From a virus, in the IMG/VR virus record IMGVR_UViG_3300045988_131126: DNA of 64,000 nt; one strand, given 5' to 3'. This document shows, piece after piece, positions 29,188 to 38,173 of this stretch. Position 1 is the first letter of the stretch. Every line of letters starts with the position of its first letter. A model generated the notes under the pieces. It searched no databases. It had not been told where the DNA came from and saw nothing but the letters and a program-made list of their open reading frames with translations. The position numbers and the translations under genes are program-made.

Positions 29188-30033
29188 ATGGACTACTTAA
29201 TGGAAGCAGATATATACCGATATAATTGCGAAATAAATATATTAAGTGAAACTGCAATTTGCTATATAAACGAAGATAATAAACTTGAAAAAGTAGCACA
29301 TATTATTGCAGAAAATCTAAAAAAGATCATAGAAAAAATAAAGGAATTTATTCGTGATGTGATAAAACCGAAAATAAAGAAAATCAAAGATAAAATAACA
29401 GAAATAAAGACTAAAAATATTGCTAAAAAATTTGAAAATAATAAAGAAATAAAAATAAGAAATATTGCTAATGCGTCATTCCGTGAATTAGATCCTAAAT
29501 TAGAACCAGCTGTAACAGAATTATTAGAGAATGCTGATAATATAAGTAATACAATGGAACTATTTGTGAAAAAATTTACTTTTGCTAAAGATGAAAGTAA
29601 TTTGCAAGAATATTTTACGAAATACCAAAATGACACACAAAAATTTCTCGAATTAAAGCATATAGATAAAAATGATGTAGAAAGCAATCCTTTTCCAATA
29701 GAAAAGTATAATAAAATAATAAAAATAAAATCTTTCAGTAAAACTGATTATGAAAAATATACTAAAGATCTCGAATCTATGAGTAAATTTTATGATAATA
29801 TAAATAAAAAATATGATACATTTACAGAAAGATTAGATAACGTATATGGTATTATTCTCAAAAATAATAATAATACGGTACTTCCGACTAATATAGTAAA
29901 TTTGATTATGGAACATATTAATATTAGTCGTAGATATATGGGAGTTGCAAGAAATATAATAGATAACAGAATATCGTGCGATGCAAATAATATTAAACTT
30001 ATGGAATTATGTTTGGGAAAAGATGAAGCATAG
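29188..30033 (+). CDS. MDYxxE-family paralog 2 (281 aa)
   Basis: MDYLMEADIYRYNCEINILS.... The 5' region is shared with paralog 3. Confidence 0.75.
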   Translation: MDYLMEADIYRYNCEINILSETAICYINEDNKLEKVAHIIAENLKKIIEKIKEFIRDVIKPKIKKIKDKITEIKTKNIAKKFENNKEIKIRNIANASFRELDPKLEPAVTELLENADNISNTMELFVKKFTFAKDESNLQEYFTKYQNDTQKFLELKHIDKNDVESNPFPIEKYNKIIKIKSFSKTDYEKYTKDLESMSKFYDNINKKYDTFTERLDNVYGIILKNNNNTVLPTNIVNLIMEHINISRRYMGVARNIIDNRISCDANNIKLMELCLGKDEA

Positions 30034-30105
30034 ATACTTAGTATCTATCTCAATTTATCATCTACAAATAATTAATATACAAAGTAAGTGAGGTTATAAA
30101 ATATT

Positions 30106-31044
30106 ATGGATTATATAATGGAAACAGAATTGCTTAATTATGAAACGCAAATAAATATGCTCAAAGAAGCAGCTTATAGTACTCGCATAGACGAATCTTT
30201 GATTACTGAGGAATTTTCTATCAAGAAAGCATGGGACTCTTTTGTAAAATGGCTTAAAGAAAAAGTAGGTCCGATAATTAAAAAATTATTCAATTGGGGT
30301 AAAGAAGTGGTATCTTCTGAAGAAAAGAAAGATGAAAAAGCAAAAGAAGATATAGATTTTATATTAAAATATCAAAACCAAATGAAAAATGCTTATGCCG
30401 GAAATGCCATAGAAAAGAAAAAAATATGTCTGTATGCGCTTGATGCGAACTCTGAAGAACCGGTAGTGGATATTGTAGTGAGAAATGATACTTCTCCAAT
30501 AGATGTCCACATATTCGGACTTAAACGAAGTTCTTTCATATTGAAAACAATACTTGGAATGAGTAATGAAAAATTTGAAGAAGAAAAAAAAGAGCATATG
30601 AAAAAACAAGAAGAAATAAATAAATTGAAAATAAACGATATTGAAAAATGTTTTTACAAAAAAGAAATTAGGGATGACTGGTTGATCAACGATGCCTACT
30701 ATATCACAAATTCTATGAAACGTATAGTCGAAGATAAAAATGGTATTAAAGACGCAGAGAAAAATCTCAGTGCAATAAATGATATATATTACTCCATGCA
30801 GAAAGAGGTAAATGATTTTGATAAAAAATATGGAGGCAGTCCAGATGAAGGGGTTAAAAATACTATAGCTTATGGAAATATGGTTGTTAAAGAAATTATC
30901 GATACGGGAACTGTTATTAGAACTTGTATCCAATTATACAAAAAAGATAAAGATCATCAATATATGTTTTTAAAACAAGTTAAAGCTTTAATGAAAGAAG
31001 CACTCGATAGAGGAGAATCTGTAGCTGTTCCTGATTTTGCATAA
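30106..31044 (+). CDS. MDYxxE-family paralog 3 (312 aa)
   Basis: MDYIMETELLNYETQINMLK...KKAWDSF...IKKLF. Confidence 0.75.
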   Translation: MDYIMETELLNYETQINMLKEAAYSTRIDESLITEEFSIKKAWDSFVKWLKEKVGPIIKKLFNWGKEVVSSEEKKDEKAKEDIDFILKYQNQMKNAYAGNAIEKKKICLYALDANSEEPVVDIVVRNDTSPIDVHIFGLKRSSFILKTILGMSNEKFEEEKKEHMKKQEEINKLKINDIEKCFYKKEIRDDWLINDAYYITNSMKRIVEDKNGIKDAEKNLSAINDIYYSMQKEVNDFDKKYGGSPDEGVKNTIAYGNMVVKEIIDTGTVIRTCIQLYKKDKDHQYMFLKQVKALMKEALDRGESVAVPDFA

Positions 31045-31049
31045 TTTAT

Positions 31050-31081
31050 ACTCCTAACCTCTAATTAAGGAGGTTAGGAGT
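31050..31081 (+). promoter_or_regulatory. 12-bp-stem hairpin enclosing the SD of gene 31085
   Basis: ACTCCTAACCTC-TAATTAAG-GAGGTTAGGAGT. AAGGAGG (31067..31073) lies in the loop and 3' arm, 4 nt before ATG 31085 counted from the end of the hairpin. Confidence 0.5.
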
Positions 31082-31084
31082 TCT

Positions 31085-31810
31085 ATGGACGAAAATAAAG
31101 TAAATGAAATACCTGATATATATTTTGAATTTGACGAAACGCAAAACCCTATAGTATCTTCTCCTAATAGTGAATTTTCTATACAGTTTGAACAAACCAA
31201 AGAATCTTTGCTAGAGATAGATACTTATAAGAATTTTATATCAAATGCTGTTGCTCAGTTTAGGCATTCTAGATTCTATAAGCAATATAAATCATATTTA
31301 ATAGATCTAGGTCTAAATAGATGTCAATACTTTCCTAATATTACAGTAGATTTATTAGGAGCTAATGGTATAGAAATGCATCATAATTTTTTAACTATTT
31401 ATGATATAGCGCTTATGATATGTGAGCATGTATTAAATACAGAAGGCCATATTACTACATTTAAATTAATTCATCTATTGAAAGAAGAGCATTCTGAAAA
31501 TAGAATACCCATAGTAATGCTTTCTAAAACAGTACATCAAATGTATCATAATAATGAAGAATTTGTTATACCTGCAAGTCAATGCTTTGGATTCTGGATG
31601 GAGTTATTATATAAGTATAGAAATGGTATTACTATCAATATAGCAAATAAAGTAATAAATTTCTTACAAGCTAGTCTAGAAGAAATAAAAGGTATAAATA
31701 GTTCTTCTAATTATGCTAATACTCTGTTACAATTAAGAGATCATGTATACAATTGGTCTATATATAATGAATATCTAGATAGAGCTAAAATAGGACAAAT
31801 AGTATATTAA
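31085..31810 (+). CDS. hypothetical protein with HH...TVHxxxH motif, paralog of 44549..45397
   Basis: FYKQYKSYL...IEMHHNFLTIYD...LSKTVHQMYHN...FVIP aligns by eye with EYRQLVNYL...IHIHHCPFTLYE...LAETVHDLVHK...LFIP. Confidence 0.7.
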   Translation: MDENKVNEIPDIYFEFDETQNPIVSSPNSEFSIQFEQTKESLLEIDTYKNFISNAVAQFRHSRFYKQYKSYLIDLGLNRCQYFPNITVDLLGANGIEMHHNFLTIYDIALMICEHVLNTEGHITTFKLIHLLKEEHSENRIPIVMLSKTVHQMYHNNEEFVIPASQCFGFWMELLYKYRNGITINIANKVINFLQASLEEIKGINSSSNYANTLLQLRDHVYNWSIYNEYLDRAKIGQIVY

Positions 31811-31814
31811 AAAT

Positions 31815-31843
31815 ATCCCATATACCAATTCGGTATATGGGAT
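31815..31843. terminator. bidirectional terminator between convergent genes
   Basis: ATCCCATATACC / GGTATATGGGAT stem flanked by A/T runs. Confidence 0.65.
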
Positions 31844-31848
31844 AAAAT

Positions 31849-32975
31849 TTATGCGGCTTCAGAAGAAGATCCTGCTGCAATAGCTGACAAATATCCAGCT
31901 AAAGTGACTTTATACTTAATCACGAATTGAGCTGATGTGTTTATTATTTCGTTGCTTCTAGTAACATGCTTTCTGAAAAATTGCATATCGCTACCGAAAG
32001 CTCCGTACGCATGATAGCCTTTTCTTCCTTCCATTTTATGAATCTTATCGACGTATAATTGTACTTTTTGTCTAACTTTTGCTAATTCTTTGTCAGATTG
32101 GCTAATTATTTTTTCTAATCTATCTTGAATACTATCAATGTATTTTTTATTGGTATTAATAACCTGAATTATTTCTTTGTGAATTTTTCGTTTTCCTTCA
32201 GATAACTCTTGAATTGTGTAAGTTTCATCTTCTAGAAACGCTTTTGCTGGATTGTAATATTCAGCGTGCAATCCATACCTAACTGCAATTTCTCTTTCAG
32301 AGAATCGGTTTTCGCTTTTAGAAAACTTATCATAATTGTTTTTCTCAGGATTTTCAAAATCTAACGATTTAAATAATTTATCCATGCTATTAATGCAAGA
32401 AGATATAGCATGGATATTCTGTTGAGCAGATGCAAGAAATTCTCCAACTTTTTGCGTATTTATAGTCTTTACAGTACATCTTCCAGGTTTTGCATTCGTA
32501 TCCGTTTTTGATACATTTCCTTTAGTTATTGGAATTATATCAGATTTAGTATCGGTATTATCATTGTCTGATCCTGATTTCTCTATTTCTTTGTCTTTCA
32601 TTTCTATCTGTTTATTGAGATTCATAGTTATTCTCATGATATTACTTACTGTTTTGGTAGCTTTAGATTCGGCCTGTTCAGGGGTTGCTTTATCAATATT
32701 ATCTGCAGCTTGTTCAGCTTTCTTTTCTGCAGATTCATATGCAGCATCTGCTACTTTGGATTTTCTAAAAACAAAATCTAATATCTTTTTCAAAAATCCT
32801 CTTGCGCTGTCGATCCATCCTAAAACAGTTTTACCTATATTCTTAATTTTTCTTTAATATTAGCTCCTTCGTTTACAAATTTATTTTCATCTATTCCGAT
32901 GCATTCTAAAGAATACTCAAGCATATTCAATTGATTACATCCTTCATAGATATCGGCTTCTAATATATAATCCAT
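31849..32975 (-). pseudogene. MDYxxE-family paralog 4, interrupted by a -1 frameshift at an A5 run (pseudogene, sequencing error or slippage site)
   Basis: The ATG 32975 ORF (MDYILEADIY...EKLRI*) stops at 32835. The body ORF is open from 32853 to 31849. Joining the two at GAAAAAT (32846..32852) gives ...NIKEK/IKNIGKTVLGWIDSARGFLKKILDF, which matches the family KKAW...IKKLF region. Confidence 0.6.
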
Positions 32976-33000
32976 ATCATTATTCTCCTTTAAACTAAAT

Positions 33001-33011
33001 TTTACAATATA
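33001..33011 (-). promoter_or_regulatory. TATATTGTAAA motif upstream of MDY paralog 4
   Basis: Located about 10 nt before SD AAAGGAGAA (about 25 nt before ATG 32975). Confidence 0.35.
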
Positions 33012-33084
33012 TATTAATATTATGCAACATACAGGAAAATCAAAACACATTTCTATAAAGTATAATATAAAAGGAGATTAAAAG

Positions 33085-33981
33085 ATGGATTATATATTAG
33101 AAATGGACATATTAAACGAATCTGCACAATTTGATATGAGAAATACTATAATAGAATCTTTTGAATTAGAAGCTATTAGAGAGGGATTTTCTAGAAAATC
33201 ATTAGCAAACTTTTTTAGAAAAGCCGTAGAAATGGTAACAGGATGGGCAAATACATTAAAAGCTTGGGCGACCAAAATATTCGGTCCCATTATAAATAAA
33301 TATAAAAAATATAGAGCCGCAAATCTTAACAAAGCGTATCAATCAGGAAAAATGATCAAAGTAAATTGTCCTTACTACGAGGTAAAGGTTAAAATATTTA
33401 ATGCTGCATTGGCAGAAGGAAATAATAATCAGAAAAATATTTTTGAAGGGATAAAATATATAGAATCCAACATAGATAAATTTCTGTCTAAAAAAATGAA
33501 TGTTAATCTTGGTGATGAAAGAATTTGGAAAATGATAAAAACAGATAGGTCTCAGCTTCCAGCTCCGTTAAATAAAGCGAGTAAAATTGAAGATTTTATG
33601 ACTAAATACAATTTTGGATATGTAGATAAGGAACTTGTTAATTTGATACTTCAAAATCAAAAAAACTTAGATATAATGAGTAAAAGTATTGATAATAATA
33701 TAAAGCAAATATTACAATTATATGCAGGAATTAACGAAAGAGCAGAAAAATACGAAAATATGATGTCCAAAGACTCCGGGGAAGATATGCCAGGAGCAGC
33801 CGATGTTGTTCATTGCTATAATATACTGCTTAAAGGTACAGCATTAACTGGAAATATATTTAATTCCTTACGGACTATAGCAATGAGAGGAATTAATGAA
33901 TATTGTAATGTAGTAAATAAAATTATGAAAGCAATTGGAGCTGATTCTCAACCAGCTAGCGCAGCAGCTGGAATGCAGTAA
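33085..33981 (+). CDS. MDYxxE-family paralog 5 (298 aa)
   Basis: MDYILEMDILNESAQFDMRN.... SD AAAGGAGA. Confidence 0.75.
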   Translation: MDYILEMDILNESAQFDMRNTIIESFELEAIREGFSRKSLANFFRKAVEMVTGWANTLKAWATKIFGPIINKYKKYRAANLNKAYQSGKMIKVNCPYYEVKVKIFNAALAEGNNNQKNIFEGIKYIESNIDKFLSKKMNVNLGDERIWKMIKTDRSQLPAPLNKASKIEDFMTKYNFGYVDKELVNLILQNQKNLDIMSKSIDNNIKQILQLYAGINERAEKYENMMSKDSGEDMPGAADVVHCYNILLKGTALTGNIFNSLRTIAMRGINEYCNVVNKIMKAIGADSQPASAAAGMQ

Positions 33982-34006
33982 AAATAAAAATTATCTTTAA
34001 ACACAT

Positions 34007-34040
34007 TATACCCCATAAGCGAAATTGCTTATGGGGTATA
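34007..34040 (+). terminator. hairpin terminator after MDY paralog 5
   Basis: TATACCCCATAAGC / GCTTATGGGGTATA stem. Weak T tract. Confidence 0.55.
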
Positions 34041-34168
34041 AATGCTTTCATACACTTTAAAAAGGAGTTAACTTATGCAATTACCAAAGTACGTAACCGG
34101 TAAATTTTAACACAAGATGGAAATCAAAGCATCCTGTATTATTCTAAATGTTACAAAAGTTTTAATTT

Positions 34169-34834
34169 TTACATATATTTTACAGATTGTAAAACATTTA
34201 AGCTTTTTATTATATCATCATATAATCTTTTTGCAACTTCAGTTTTATCGGAAATGTAATCTTGATATATGTCTAACGTCTTTCTAAAGTATCTTGTAAG
34301 ATCTGTTATCATATAAAGATTTTCATATGGGCATTGTTTCTTTAATCTTTTATCCATAGCAGTAACACTACTTCTCATTCTTTTTAATTGGTCTTTAGCA
34401 AATATTATGTTCTTGTCAGATAAAACAATATATTCGTTCATCTTTCTTTTAATAAGTGCTTCTTTAGAACTAAGGTCATCTGTTAATTCACTGTATGGGG
34501 TATAAGTATGAAGCTTAAACTGTTCATACATATATTTCAACGGAGCTTTTGGATAATTAGGATCTCTATCTAATCCAAGATCATCTTTCATAAATTTGTA
34601 ATATAATTCAGTATTACGAAATTTATCTGCTGGTATTAAAATTTCTTTATCGAATCTATCTCTATATTCTTCATAATGAGTAATGTAAAATCCTAATTTA
34701 AGATAAGTAATATCTTTAGGCATTTCGAATCCTTCTGGTGGAAAGAAATTCTCTAAAGTATCTAAGTTACAGTTAAAAATATTATTTATAGAATTATCAT
34801 TGTCCATATTTGGTAAGCTAATTGTAAAACTCAT
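34169..34834 (-). CDS. hypothetical protein (221 aa)
   Basis: SD GGAGGA in the end of the upstream gene. Confidence 0.7.
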   Translation of the reverse strand: MSFTISLPNMDNDNSINNIFNCNLDTLENFFPPEGFEMPKDITYLKLGFYITHYEEYRDRFDKEILIPADKFRNTELYYKFMKDDLGLDRDPNYPKAPLKYMYEQFKLHTYTPYSELTDDLSSKEALIKRKMNEYIVLSDKNIIFAKDQLKRMRSSVTAMDKRLKKQCPYENLYMITDLTRYFRKTLDIYQDYISDKTEVAKRLYDDIIKSLNVLQSVKYM

Positions 34835-34837
34835 ATT

Positions 34838-35179
34838 TTAATCCTCCAATTTAAATGTGCCTAATTCTTCTTTTTCTTTAGTAAGGGTAAATTTCACTAA
34901 AGTTATTTCATTATCAAGTTGATCTAAATATAATTTGTTATAATTAGATATAAAATCTAATATCGCATTTTTATATTTATCTATAAACCATAAAGCGTAT
35001 TCTTTATTACAAAAACCATTTTTGATTATGAGTGAATATGATTCAGTTTTGAATATATTGAAATTAACTGTAAGTGTGTTGGTTTTGCTTATATCAAAAG
35101 CGTAACTCGGTGAAATATATAATGCTGAATTATAAGTTATATTTTTCAATTTTAATACATAAACTTCTCTGGTTTCCAT
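34838..35179 (-). CDS. small hypothetical protein (113 aa)
   Basis: ATG 35179 (METREVYVL...) with SD GAAAGGAA. Confidence 0.6.
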   Translation of the reverse strand: METREVYVLKLKNITYNSALYISPSYAFDISKTNTLTVNFNIFKTESYSLIIKNGFCNKEYALWFIDKYKNAILDFISNYNKLYLDQLDNEITLVKFTLTKEKEELGTFKLED

Positions 35180-35195
35180 AATTATATATTCCTTT

Positions 35196-35558
35196 CTAAA
35201 CTGACATTTCAAAATGATCGAACTTTACATCTGGCATATCATTTGTGCATAACACTATACTTATCTTATTAGAAAGATGCCTAGTCGTAATAATGTCTTT
35301 ATTTACTTTATTTATATATATCTTGATATTGTCTGAATATATGGTGTAATAATATATAGCTTCTGCCATATCATAAAATGAGTATTTTTCTATATCATTT
35401 TTATTTAAACACTTACCAATACCATGTGATAGAAATTTTAGTTTATTCCTTTTGAAAAATCTATCGTTTTTGCCTATATATACTATAGGTTCATTTCCGT
35501 CTTCATATGGCTCTATTTTTAAAAAGAATCCTTGGACATTGCTTGTTAATCCTCTCAT
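35196..35558 (-). CDS. small hypothetical protein (120 aa)
   Basis: ATG 35558 (MRGLTSN...) with SD GAGGAGAG, directly after the upstream TAA. Confidence 0.6.
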   Translation of the reverse strand: MRGLTSNVQGFFLKIEPYEDGNEPIVYIGKNDRFFKRNKLKFLSHGIGKCLNKNDIEKYSFYDMAEAIYYYTIYSDNIKIYINKVNKDIITTRHLSNKISIVLCTNDMPDVKFDHFEMSV

Positions 35559-35559
35559 C

Positions 35560-35790
35560 TTATCTCTCCTCTTCTTCATATTTAACTATTTTGATGCATT
35601 TATCAGCAAATTCTTTCGGATTCATTCCTGTAAATGCGGTTATTTCTTTTGCGAGGTACCATGTATAACTAGATATTCTGTGTCGAACTAAATCTTCGTT
35701 CGAACATAATTCAGCTTTAGTAATATCCTCAGTTAATCCATTACTAGAATCTATATAGTATTTGTCATTTATGCAAGCTACGTATTTCAT
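35560..35790 (-). CDS. small hypothetical protein (76 aa) sharing its module with the C-terminus of 35792..36412
   Basis: GMNPKEFADKCIKIVKYEE versus GMTYKSFLDKCIKIIKYKN. Confidence 0.65.
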   Translation of the reverse strand: MKYVACINDKYYIDSSNGLTEDITKAELCSNEDLVRHRISSYTWYLAKEITAFTGMNPKEFADKCIKIVKYEEEER

Positions 35791-35791
35791 A

Positions 35792-36412
35792 TTATTTCTC
35801 CTTATTATCTAGATTTTTATATTTTATTATTTTGATACACTTATCTAAAAATGACTTATAAGTCATTCCAGATAATGCTTCAAATGCCTCACTATCTTTT
35901 ATTACCATTTTCGTGATAAAAGATTTAGCCTCTTGCTCTGTATTAAATAAAAGAAATATACCTTTTTGATCTATTCTACTAAAATATTTAGCCTTATTTA
36001 AATAATATTCACCATTGATTTGTATTACATATTTATCGTCTTCGTGAATATTTACTTTTAACTTAGTAGCAAGGTTCGATTTAATATTTACATTAAAATC
36101 TACAGTTACTGGTATTATTTCAAGCAAAGATTCAGATTCAGTTTCTAATCTCTTTTTAAATTCATCATCTTTATTTAAAAACGTTAAGTGGTATTCGATA
36201 TCATTTTTATTTGACATTATAGCGTTTTTAGTTTCTTCTAATGTATCAAACCCATAATCCAGAACTTGTTTATATAATTCTCTGTATTTTAATAATTTAA
36301 AATAGTGTCTATCGTTAGAAATGCATGATTTACCAATGTAATAATCAGTCCCAGATACTTTATCTGTATATCTGATTAAGTATTTCATATCTCTAATATC
36401 TATAGTATTCAT
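35792..36412 (-). CDS. hypothetical two-domain protein (206 aa)
   Basis: The C-terminal half repeats the module of 35560..35790. SD GGAGGAA. Confidence 0.7.
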   Translation of the reverse strand: MNTIDIRDMKYLIRYTDKVSGTDYYIGKSCISNDRHYFKLLKYRELYKQVLDYGFDTLEETKNAIMSNKNDIEYHLTFLNKDDEFKKRLETESESLLEIIPVTVDFNVNIKSNLATKLKVNIHEDDKYVIQINGEYYLNKAKYFSRIDQKGIFLLFNTEQEAKSFITKMVIKDSEAFEALSGMTYKSFLDKCIKIIKYKNLDNKEK

Positions 36413-36413
36413 A

Positions 36414-37214
36414 TTATTTTATTCCTCCTAAACTATATTCCATTACATTTGCATATAACTCTCTCAATAAATTTCCATTATATGATATATCTAATAATTC
36501 AAGATTTTCTGGAGTATTGTTTAAATGATGTACACCATATCTATGATTATACATCACTATATCATACATAGACATATTATCAAAGTTTCTATAACAGTCG
36601 ATGGACAATTGCTTATTTATATATTTTTTATAAGTATCACTTATATAATCAATAGCTGTTGGACCATCACCATTACTTATATACCATAAAGTATTACATA
36701 TGATATCTAATATTCCATTCTTATGAAATTCCAATTTACTATCGTTAATACCTTTCACATCTATTATTTCAGTATTACTCTGTCTATCTAATCCATAATA
36801 TATTTCCATATTTGCTAATTTTAAGAAAGAAGTATATGTGTTTTTATTAAGGAATCTTATATTTCCTATTGACGCACAAGTAGGTATCTTATTTATAACA
36901 AATATAGCATCGTTCTTGATACTTAAAATATCTTCTTCATTTAATTCATTCATTTCTAAAAAGCTTTTTCTAATTTCCGCAAGTCCTTCTTCAAATGCTC
37001 TATTAATTCTTTCATCTTTTAAAATATAGCCAATATGAACTTGTCTATACTCTCTAGACAAGTTCATTATTTTCGTATATTCTTCTTTATTTATTATCCC
37101 TTTATAAAGTAAAATATTTACATTACATTTTGAAATATCGTATTCCCTTATATAAGTATTAAATAAATACTTGATAGGTAATGTATAATTCTTTCTTTCA
37201 TATAATTCTGACAT
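36414..37214 (-). CDS. hypothetical protein (266 aa)
   Basis: SD GGGGGAG. No secure motif. Confidence 0.7.
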   Translation of the reverse strand: MSELYERKNYTLPIKYLFNTYIREYDISKCNVNILLYKGIINKEEYTKIMNLSREYRQVHIGYILKDERINRAFEEGLAEIRKSFLEMNELNEEDILSIKNDAIFVINKIPTCASIGNIRFLNKNTYTSFLKLANMEIYYGLDRQSNTEIIDVKGINDSKLEFHKNGILDIICNTLWYISNGDGPTAIDYISDTYKKYINKQLSIDCYRNFDNMSMYDIVMYNHRYGVHHLNNTPENLELLDISYNGNLLRELYANVMEYSLGGIK

Positions 37215-37530
37215 TTTTATTAGCTCCCCCAGTTATTTTACAATAATATTTTAATGTTTTTCCTTTGCGTTTTCTAATGTACCTAAAACTGTAGTTTCCA
37301 TAAATGCAATTTGTTTTTAAAGCCCCAATATTCTTTGATTGAAATTCTAATCTGTGATTTCTATAGATAAAATGATAAGGTACATACATAACGCAATGGA
37401 AAAATTTCAAAGATATTAATGAAATTATACTTTCGTCCACGTCCATATTATTTACTATCTCATATAGAGTTAATTCCGGCCAATCTAATTCTTTTAAAGA
37501 TTGTACATTTGATTTTAAAAATTCTTTCAT
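37198..37530 (-). CDS. small basic hypothetical protein (110 aa, MKEF...)
   Basis: ATG 37530 with SD GAGGTGG. TAATG overlap. Confidence 0.55.
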   Translation of the reverse strand: MKEFLKSNVQSLKELDWPELTLYEIVNNMDVDESIISLISLKFFHCVMYVPYHFIYRNHRLEFQSKNIGALKTNCIYGNYSFRYIRKRKGKTLKYYCKITGGANKNVRII

Positions 37531-37832
37531 TAGTAATACCACCTCGATGCTTGCGCTTGGGTTCTTAGAGTATTTTCACATAAACGTTTTCTAGTTTTTA
37601 AAGATCTACTATAGTTAGATGTGCGTTTATATGAGTATAAAGGAAGAACGCCTTTAAGTATCATTCCTTTGTGTATACCATCGCTTTCTCTATAAGAATG
37701 ACAACCAATTTTTCTACTAAATTTATATGCATCTTCATCCAATTTACTTATTACTAAAAAATATAAATCAATAGGATCTCTTAAATAATCTTGTATTCTG
37801 GTTGTCGTATTTATTGTTTTAAATTTTTTCAT
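37530..37832 (-). CDS. small basic hypothetical protein (100 aa, MKKF...)
   Basis: ATGA overlap with the upstream gene. Weak SD. Confidence 0.55.
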   Translation of the reverse strand: MKKFKTINTTTRIQDYLRDPIDLYFLVISKLDEDAYKFSRKIGCHSYRESDGIHKGMILKGVLPLYSYKRTSNYSRSLKTRKRLCENTLRTQAQASRWYY

Positions 37833-38146
37833 GAATCGTTCACATCTCTCTTTCTATAATAACTTATAGGACGTCTAGCGTCGTGTGATTTAAACCAAAG
37901 TGGAAAATAACGTCGTATATATCCATATTGGCACAATGTTCTAATATACGTGTACATTATCGGTTTATATTTAGAATATACCATTGCGATATTACACTCA
38001 TTTTTTAGCTTATATTCTTTCAATATTTGTAGTACTTTTTTATTATTAGAATTAATAAATTTAGCAATGTATCCCAATGGAGTATATGCTATATCTCTAT
38101 ACGATGTAAATGGTCCCCATTTGTAGTTGGTTTTGAATTCTTTCAT
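37829..38146 (-). CDS. small basic hypothetical protein (105 aa, MKEF...)
   Basis: ATG 38146 preferred. The track start is GTG, inside the palindrome. Confidence 0.55.
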   Translation of the reverse strand: MKEFKTNYKWGPFTSYRDIAYTPLGYIAKFINSNNKKVLQILKEYKLKNECNIAMVYSKYKPIMYTYIRTLCQYGYIRRYFPLWFKSHDARRPISYYRKRDVNDS

Positions 38147-38173
38147 AATTTTCACCAAATATACCACTAGGTT

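Noticed and set aside
32835-32837. Stop-codon reassignment (TAG read as sense) as the explanation for the broken MDY paralog.
   Set aside because: Reading through this TAG in the same frame meets another TAG and then a TGA within about 15 codons and gives sequence unlike the paralogs. ORFs of 1418, 1624 and over 2260 codons are intact under the standard code.
36414-37214. Divergent family-A polymerase palm (EYDISKCNVNIL as motif A, REYRQVHIGY as motif B, KNDAIFV as motif C).
   Set aside because: The spacing between the putative motifs is far too short, and the key Lys/Glu residues are absent. The resemblance is probably coincidental.
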